From Actinomycetes bacterium (GTDB lineage Bacteria; Actinomycetota; Acidimicrobiia; Spongiisociales; SHLN01), in NCBI GenBank assembly GCA_024638625.1, contig JAHEJY010000004.1, positions 1-49,637 of the forward strand: DNA of 49,637 nt. The letters run 5' to 3'. The stretch's first letter is position 1, and the number at the start of each line of letters is the position of its first letter. The notes under the pieces are model-generated. The model did not search any database and was not told the origin of the DNA. It worked only from the letters and a program-made list of their open reading frames with translations. Below are positions 40,121 to 46,125 of the stretch, piece after piece. A program made the position numbers and the translations under genes.

Positions 40121-40402
40121 ATGGGCCGAACTGAACGAATCATCGGCGACATCGAACGCAAGTTGCTCGACCTCGCGGACGAACGATCGCTCTTGCTCGA
40201 AGAGCTATCTGATCATCGCGATCTAGCCGACGATGCCGCCCGTGATGCCGCAGTCTTCGACAGTCCCATCGATCGGGAAGCCGCCACGATGACTTCCGGC
40301 GACGTCTCGAGGATCGAGCGTCTCCTGTCGAAGAATGAGAAGGTCCGCATGAAACTGCTCAATCGTCTCGAACGGCTCGAACGTCTCGACGGTCTCGATT
40401 GA
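40121..40402 (+). CDS. Hypothetical coiled-coil protein
   Basis: Charged helical 93-aa ORF; TAACGT upstream. Confidence 0.7.
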   Translation: MGRTERIIGDIERKLLDLADERSLLLEELSDHRDLADDAARDAAVFDSPIDREAATMTSGDVSRIERLLSKNEKVRMKLLNRLERLERLDGLD

Positions 40403-40482
40403 TCGACCACCGGGGATGTCATCGCCCGGGCCATTCCGAGGCTCCGTATTCAATCGCCCCCGCGGATCAATCGCCGCCGAAT

Positions 40483-41097
40483 TCAATCGATCGTGTCGAG
40501 GATCCGGGCCTTTTGCTGTTTGAATTCTTCGTCGGTCAGGGCTCCTTGCCGATGGAGCTCGGCAAGTTGCGCCAGGCTCGCCACATCTTTGTCGATCCGG
40601 CTTGAAACACCTGACAGGACTTTGGTTCTGTCCTCGCGCACGCGGTATAACTCACTATGGAACTTCTGGGGGTGCGGGATGTTCGACAGCCTGCTTTGAC
40701 CAAGCTCTCCGGCGGACTCGATGACGACATCGCCGAAGCCCATCAGCCTTTCGAACAAGGACTGAGAGAACCCGACATCGTTCACGACCTCGAGAGGTAT
40801 CTCCATGCCCGTACGCGCCAGGATCCCCTTCCGAACTATGAGCCGCTCGCTCGTAAGAACGTACAGCGTGTAGTACCAGCGTGTCACCGGCAAAGCGGCG
40901 AGACCAATCCAGCCTGCGACCAACGCCACGAGCGAAGCCCACCTCGGCCACCCATCAGGTAGCAAGTTCCATACGAGAACCGAAGCAACGATTACGAGGA
41001 TCGTCCAGATAATGGGAATGATGAGAGTCTTCCAGTGAGGCCGGAATGCTCGCTGGATGGTTTCGTCTTCGGTGAGAAAATCGGATGGATACGGCAT
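40483..41097 (-). CDS. Bacterial PH-domain membrane protein with C-terminal SHOCT domain
   Basis: RPHW, two TMs, YVLTSERL..RKG, LAELHRQGALTDEEFKQQKARIL. Confidence 0.9.
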   Translation of the reverse strand: MPYPSDFLTEDETIQRAFRPHWKTLIIPIIWTILVIVASVLVWNLLPDGWPRWASLVALVAGWIGLAALPVTRWYYTLYVLTSERLIVRKGILARTGMEIPLEVVNDVGFSQSLFERLMGFGDVVIESAGELGQSRLSNIPHPQKFHSELYRVREDRTKVLSGVSSRIDKDVASLAQLAELHRQGALTDEEFKQQKARILDTID

Positions 41098-41119
41098 GAC
41101 AAAAGGCTAGCGCCCACGG

Positions 41120-42016
41120 TCAATCGGCGGCCGCAGAATTGCGGGACACCACCTGCGAGGTGGGATCCGCCGGAGTTGTCCCGGTATCGTCGGCAAAGGC
41201 GGGACAAATGTCCTGGAACGAGCACCAGTCGCACAAACGGCCCGGTCTCGGGCGGAAGTCGTCGCTCCGCAGCGCCTTGGCGATCGCATCCCAGAGCGCT
41301 CGCACCTGCTTGTCCATCGCATCGAGCTGTTTGTCGTGGATATTGAGTCGATACATCGTCGGGCCGTTGAGATATAACAAACGGACTTCCTTGGGTGTAC
41401 GCCCAAGGCGTTTTCGGATCAGCAGCGCATAGATCTTGAGCGCAAAGAAGGCCGGGAGTGCATACCGCTCCGGCGGAGCCTTGCCAGTCTTGTAGTCCGT
41501 GATGATCAGATCCCCATTCGCATCTTCGTCGATGCGATCCAGAATTCCGCGCACCGCTACTCCCTCGAGTTCCTCGAGCATGTCGTACTCACAGAACATG
41601 GGGTCGATCGATCGTGGATCTTCAAGCGAGAAATAGTTCGCGAGTAGCTCCATACTCTCCAATCCCCACGCTCGCTCATCGTCGAGCGATGCGAACAGGT
41701 CGGGATACTCCTCCATACGAAGCTCTGACCAGGCCTGCCGGAACAGTTCATACAACTGCTCCGGAGATCGATCCGGCGACGGTAGCTGGAAAAGGTTCTC
41801 CAGCGCCAGGTGGGCGGCAGTGCCGCGGGCCTGATACACGGTCGAGGGCTCCGGCAGACGCTCGATGAAGCGGTATTTGAAGAGCTGGGGACATTGCTTG
41901 TAGTCACTCAAGCGGCTGGGAGACACCCGTGGCTCGATGGGCGGCCCACCGGGCGAACCAGAGGGGGTCGGATGAGCGGTGACCGAAGAGGGGGATGGAG
42001 TGGTGAGGGCTGTCAT
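41120..42016 (-). CDS. Stand-alone RecB-family PD-(D/E)XK nuclease with four Cys (probable Fe-S)
   Basis: SPSRL..YKQCP, RGTAAH, GILDRID, ITDYKTGK, LCDWCSFQDICP. Confidence 0.92.
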   Translation of the reverse strand: MTALTTPSPSSVTAHPTPSGSPGGPPIEPRVSPSRLSDYKQCPQLFKYRFIERLPEPSTVYQARGTAAHLALENLFQLPSPDRSPEQLYELFRQAWSELRMEEYPDLFASLDDERAWGLESMELLANYFSLEDPRSIDPMFCEYDMLEELEGVAVRGILDRIDEDANGDLIITDYKTGKAPPERYALPAFFALKIYALLIRKRLGRTPKEVRLLYLNGPTMYRLNIHDKQLDAMDKQVRALWDAIAKALRSDDFRPRPGRLCDWCSFQDICPAFADDTGTTPADPTSQVVSRNSAAAD

Positions 42017-42054
42017 CGGATGCGCCCAAACAGCACGACAGGCTCCTGCCCTTG

Positions 42055-42199
42055 CTTACGTTTCATGGTTCTTACGTTTCATGTTGTTTCTCGGCTGGTT
42101 CGTTCACGACTGGTTCGTTCACGACTGGTTCGTTCACGACTGGTTCGTTCACGACTGGTTCGTTCATGACTGGTTCGTTCATGACTGGTTCGTTCACGG
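42055..42199. repeat. Tandem repeats: 2 x 16-bp-period CTTACGTTTCATG, then 7 x 15-bp CTGGTTCGTTCA(C/T)GA
   Basis: 15-bp units at 42095, 42110 ... 42185; no spacers. Confidence 0.95.
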
Positions 42200-42440
42200 C
42201 TGTTGCCTAGGTTCATCTATACGCACTTTACGCCATCAGAGTGACACGTTTGTAATTCTCCCGCAAGAGGCCGTCGGCGCACGCCCGGTACGCTGCCAAA
42301 ACCACCCGTCGTCTCGTTCCCATCTGGTGGGAACATGATGGAAGCGATATGACGCCACATGTGCGAAAAGTGGCTCTAGATTGCCGAAAATCAGACCCGC
42401 GGGCGTGAGAAATGGGATCAAGAACTCGAAACCAGATGAG

Positions 42441-42516
42441 GCGCGAAAACTATGTCTTGTTCGCGAAATCTGTCGAGCGATCTAGCTTGACTCCCCTGGG
42501 CCGACCCTCGTATGTT
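42441..42516 (+). promoter_or_regulatory. Sigma70-type promoter TTGACT-N18-TATGTT with upstream CGCGAAA direct repeats
   Basis: -35 at 42487-42492, -10 at 42511-42516; gCGCGAAA at 42441 and tCGCGAAA at 42461. Confidence 0.7.
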
Positions 42517-42522
42517 CGCAAA

Positions 42523-42832
42523 GCACTCGCATGTGGACCCCACATCGAGTGCCCCGTCGGAGGTGATGGGGCACCGACCCTGGTCGGTCCGCCAATGCCG
42601 CAGACGGAGTGGGCTTCGAACCGGAGGAATCCGGATGAACCTCCCGCCAAGGTTCATGAGAAGCCGGGCGGCGTCGCCATAGCGGCCGGGCAGGTCTCAG
42701 GACCCCGGGCTGATCTGACGACAAGCGCCAACATGAGCGCCGCAAGGCGCCGGCCCGGATGCATCCTCCGAGGGGGTGTCCGGGGGCAAAACCCCGAGAG
42801 GGCGTTCTTCGGAGCGGTCACTCGGGGTTTTT
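42523..42832 (+). ncRNA. Candidate ~310-nt structured non-coding RNA (RNA-S), family unknown
   Basis: Own promoter, continuous hairpins (42523-42552, 42549-42574, 42635-42657, GCAA-capped 42737-42750, 42754-42784) and a U-tailed terminal hairpin; no convincing ORF. Confidence 0.65.
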
Positions 42833-42834
42833 GC
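42786..42834 (+). terminator. Intrinsic terminator-like hairpin with cUUCGg loop
   Basis: AAAACCCCGAG..GTTC-TTCG-GAGC..CTCGGGGTTTTT. Confidence 0.75.
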
Positions 42835-42928
42835 ATGTCTGGACACATGTGCATGCAAGAAAAAGGGGGTTTGGCGGATTTCACGAGAAACGAAGAACGT
42901 GGCAGCATGGTGTCCATGGATTCACGAC

Positions 42929-44737
42929 ATGACATCTGAGACCGAATGCCAGATCGCCATCATCGGTGCCAACCGCGCCGGGATCGGTGTGGCCACCGAC
43001 GCCTACGAGGCCGGTATCGACAAAATCGCCATCTTCAGCAAGGATCCCCTCGAATTTCGACTTCCGAACGCGCCGCAGGGGGACACCACACTGATGGGAA
43101 CGCCCGACGAGTACATCGGGTCGCCCGTTACACGCCTGGTTCAGCACGACGACCACGTTGAGGTTCACACCGATGATCTGGTGGTAAAAGCCCAGGTTGC
43201 CGTCGTCGCCGCCAGGGCCGGACTGGAATCGGCCCCGCCCCCCTACGAGATCCCGGCGGCCGTTGCTGCCCGGGTACATATGTCCATGCCGGACGATATC
43301 GACATGGATGCCGACATACTCATCATCGGAGTCGGCGAGACGGCAGCTGAATACTGTGAAGATCTCGTCGACTCCGGATACACGTCCGTGGTCCTCAGCC
43401 TGCCGTCAACAGCGTTCGATCGCCTGGCTCCGGCAACACGCGATCGGCTGAGAGAGGTCGAGTCCCGCCTTCAGGCAACCGTGCTCTGGCACGCACATCC
43501 AACCGGGGTCATCGACGCCGGCGGCGTTCCGATGGTCACCTTTGACGACCGCCGAACGCCTGACCTGGTGTTCGACCACGTCATCTACTCGCTGGGTCCG
43601 GGCCAGAAGGCGGGCAGGCTGGAGCGACTGGGAATTGACCTGCAAAGCGATGCAGTCGAGAACCCGTCACTGGTCGTGTTGAGCCAGCTCGATGATGATG
43701 ACACCCCGCATGCCGAGCCGGTCATTTACGTCTCGCCCGGTCACGCCTGGAGGCTCATACACGACACGCATTTTCCCGAGCTGGCGCCTGCACACGATCT
43801 CGAGGCGCGACCTCCTCTCCTCCGATATCAGCTCGCCGAACACCTCCGCCGGGACGCTTACAACGCCACCATCACCTCGTTCGACCGCCGGCATGGGGAT
43901 CTCTGGGTTATCCGAGTCAAGCCCGACACCGGTGGGGTAGAGCATTTTCCCGGCCAGTACACGACTCTTGCCCTCGGATATTGGGAACCACGAATCGACG
44001 GCCTGGATGAACACCTCGAAGAGGCCAAGTTCGAGAAACTCGTGCGCCGTTCGTATTCGATCTCGTATCCGATCCTCGAGGATGATCGATTGGTTCGACC
44101 CGAGGAGATCGATGGTCTGGAGTTCTACATCGTTCTCGTCCGGGCCGAAGGAATGGATCATCTGCCGGAACTGACCCCTCGCCTCGCGCTCAAGCGAGAA
44201 GGCGACCGGATTTTCATGGGTACCAAGGTCACCGGGCGCTACACACTCAAACCGGTCACGGATCCCGAGATGGACGTCATCTTGCTGTCGACAGGAACCG
44301 GCGAGGCGCCGCATAACAACATGATCGCCCAGCTCCTCCGTGATGGGCACACCGGCAAGATCATTTCTGCCTGCACGGTTCGCTACAACGAGGACCTCGC
44401 CTATCTCCATACCCACCGTCGCCTGGAAGAGCTGTATTCCAACTACACGTATCTGCCACTTACCACTCGCGAGCCCGAAACCATCAACAACAAGGTCTAC
44501 ATCCAGGACCTGATCACGAAAGGGCTGCTGTCCGAAGCACTCGGCCACGAACCGACTCCCGAACGTTCACAGTTCTTCCTATGCGGCAACCCGCTGATGA
44601 TCGGGCTCCCCGCTGTCGACGGCGACACCGTAGCCTTCCCCGAATCGATTGGCGTGTGTCAGATTCTGGTCGAGCGGGGCTTCACAATCGCTCACCGCGG
44701 CATCGATGGAAACGTTCACTACGAGGAGTACTGGTAA
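42929..44737 (+). CDS. Ferredoxin--NADP+ reductase fused to an N-terminal degenerate pyridine-nucleotide-disulfide oxidoreductase-like domain
   Basis: C-half has PGQY, VRRSYSI, STGTGEAP, LCGNPLMI, HYEEYW; N-half has IAIIGANRAGI and ILIIGVGETAAE Rossmann-like motifs. Confidence 0.85.
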   Translation: MTSETECQIAIIGANRAGIGVATDAYEAGIDKIAIFSKDPLEFRLPNAPQGDTTLMGTPDEYIGSPVTRLVQHDDHVEVHTDDLVVKAQVAVVAARAGLESAPPPYEIPAAVAARVHMSMPDDIDMDADILIIGVGETAAEYCEDLVDSGYTSVVLSLPSTAFDRLAPATRDRLREVESRLQATVLWHAHPTGVIDAGGVPMVTFDDRRTPDLVFDHVIYSLGPGQKAGRLERLGIDLQSDAVENPSLVVLSQLDDDDTPHAEPVIYVSPGHAWRLIHDTHFPELAPAHDLEARPPLLRYQLAEHLRRDAYNATITSFDRRHGDLWVIRVKPDTGGVEHFPGQYTTLALGYWEPRIDGLDEHLEEAKFEKLVRRSYSISYPILEDDRLVRPEEIDGLEFYIVLVRAEGMDHLPELTPRLALKREGDRIFMGTKVTGRYTLKPVTDPEMDVILLSTGTGEAPHNNMIAQLLRDGHTGKIISACTVRYNEDLAYLHTHRRLEELYSNYTYLPLTTREPETINNKVYIQDLITKGLLSEALGHEPTPERSQFFLCGNPLMIGLPAVDGDTVAFPESIGVCQILVERGFTIAHRGIDGNVHYEEYW

Positions 44738-44739
44738 CC

Positions 44740-45102
44740 ATGGATATTCGTCTAAGCCTGGTCGCGCTCGACTGTCCCGATCCTCTGGCACTCGCCGGGT
44801 TCTATCGCGATCTGACCGGCTGGCCCGTCGGTCATGTGAGCGACGACTGGGTCGAACTGGATGCAGGCGACGGCGTGACCATCGCATGCCAAAAAGTAGA
44901 GGACTTCTCACCGCCGGTGTGGCCCGGGTCCCAGCACCCCCAACAGCTCCACCTGGATTTCGATGTTGACGACCTGGATGAGGGCGAAGCCCATGTACTC
45001 AAAGTTGGGGCCATCAAGACTGATGAACAACCCAAGCCTCAATCCTGGCGTGTGTTTTTGGATCCCGCCGGCCACCCCTTCTGTCTCGTCCTAGCCGATT
45101 AG
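44740..45102 (+). CDS. VOC/glyoxalase family protein
   Basis: LDCPDPLALAGFY, QLHLDF, DPAGHPFCL. Confidence 0.92.
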   Translation: MDIRLSLVALDCPDPLALAGFYRDLTGWPVGHVSDDWVELDAGDGVTIACQKVEDFSPPVWPGSQHPQQLHLDFDVDDLDEGEAHVLKVGAIKTDEQPKPQSWRVFLDPAGHPFCLVLAD

Positions 45103-45128
45103 ACGTGTTATTCAAGGCATGTTATTCA

Positions 45129-45207
45129 TGGCATGCGCAGAGTCTTAGAGCCCCTTTGCGTCAAGTGGAGTTGCGCAGCAACTCCCAAGGAACCCGCAGG
45201 GTTCCCG
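45129..45207 (-). repeat. Second, inverted copy of the ~80-bp double-hairpin element at 33350-33430
   Basis: Minus strand CGGGAACCCTGCGGGTTCCTTGGGAGTTGCTGCGCAACTCCACTTGACGCAAAGGGGCTCTAAGACTCTGCGCATGCCA. Confidence 0.9.
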
Positions 45208-45228
45208 CCGCCGACAACCAACACGCGC

Positions 45229-45283
45229 AAAAACCCCGGGCTGACAGTCATCTCCGAAGAGATGTCCGCCCTCTCGGGGTTCT
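45229..45283 (-). terminator. Intrinsic terminator-like hairpin with cUUCGg loop, homologous to 42786-42834
   Basis: Minus strand AACCCCGAGAGGGCGGACATCTC-TTCG-GAGATGACTGTCAGCCCGGGGTTTTT. Confidence 0.75.
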
Positions 45284-45960
45284 TGCCGGCCCTGCCCACT
45301 CCGGTCCCAACGCTTCGCAGTGGTCCGGTCGTTCACCCGAAGGTGAGCGTCCGGTACTCCGAAGAGCCGGCTCCGCAGCTTTCTGCAGCGCCCTGGCTCC
45401 GTCACCGTTCCTGACTCAACAGGCACCGATTGCTGCCGGTCTCTCGACCAGCCACTCCCGGTTCGGCTCGAGTGCCAAACCCAAAGTCACGTATTCTCGT
45501 CGGTCCTTCCCCGAAGGGTCGGGCCGTCTCGAAGTTTGCAACTCCGGTACCGAAGCAACGTCCGTCCACTGCATCCTGGCTGCGTCGTGCAACGTTTCCG
45601 TCGCTACGCGGCCCTTCAACAACAGCCTTCTGAGGCTCCGGTTGCCTGGAATGGTCCCAAGTCTTGCGACCCGCTTCCATGCCGGGCCGGGAACTTCCTC
45701 GGCTATTCCCGCACCTCCCGATTTTTCCCCTTGCGGTTCAAATTCGTTCGGTAAAAGAGGCCCTGGAAGTGCCCTCGCCTTCCAAAGTCCTGCAGATCCC
45801 TCCGAGTCACCCGTTAAGACAAGCTCTTTGGTCCCTGCCTGACCGGTCATCCGTTGTCGCCTTCCGTTTTACCGGCGTGACACGTCACCGAAGTGGCATG
45901 TCACAAAAGCGACGGGACGACCAAAGGTCGGCCGCTGTCCGGGATCACTCCCGATCAGCG
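45229..45960 (-). ncRNA. Candidate ~730-nt large structured non-coding RNA (RNA-L), family unknown
   Basis: Own promoter and terminator; six CTTCGG and several GNRA-capped stems on the minus strand; nested long-range pairings. Confidence 0.75.
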
Positions 45961-45965
45961 TCAGA

Positions 45966-46040
45966 ACAATACGCCGACCTAACCCCCCGGTCAAACGTCA
46001 CGGCTGTTTAGTTTTCGCGCTCTACAACCTTGTTTCGCGA
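45966..46040 (-). promoter_or_regulatory. Sigma70-type promoter TTGACC-N17-TATTGT with upstream CGCGAAA direct repeats
   Basis: -35 at 45994-45989, -10 at 45971-45966; tCGCGAAA starting 46040 and gCGCGAAA starting 46020. Confidence 0.72.
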
Positions 46041-46096
46041 CCGCCCGGAGTGCCTTTTTATCACTCTTTTCGAATGATAGGTCGGCTCGGAAATCC

Positions 46097-46118
46097 TGTC
46101 ATATCGCACGGCTAGCTT
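46097..46118 (+). promoter_or_regulatory. Possible PafBC/RecA-NDp-like promoter (TGTCAT-N10-TAGCTT) of leaderless adnAB
   Basis: Resembles mycobacterial TGTCGG-N10-TA-N3-T; the -10 ends 7 nt before the ATG at 46126. Confidence 0.4.
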
Positions 46119-46125
46119 CACAACC

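Noticed and set aside
42095-42199. CRISPR array next to a Cas4-like nuclease, or LexA boxes (GTTC-N7-GTTC occurs in the repeat)
   Set aside because: Units are head-to-tail without spacers. GTTC-N7-GTTC is the alphaproteobacterial LexA motif, and the actinobacterial CGAAC-N4-GTTCG palindrome is not formed.
42412-42939. 175-aa ORF across RNA-S and the 42776 upstream extension of the fpr fusion
   Set aside because: No domain similarity; both cross the terminator hairpin. The Rossmann motif places the start at 42929.
45685-45702. GAGGAAGTTCCCGG in RNA-L resembling RNase P GAGGAAAGTCC
   Set aside because: Imperfect match, no 3' ACAGAA.CCGGCTTA partner, and the length is well above that of typical RNase P RNA.
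45416-45850. 144-aa minus-strand ORF inside RNA-L, and the 245-aa plus-strand ORF 45105-45842
   Set aside because: No recognisable domain and the region is better explained by RNA structure. A GGAAGG 9 nt upstream of the ATG at 45850 lies in a predicted stem, so translation is not fully excluded.
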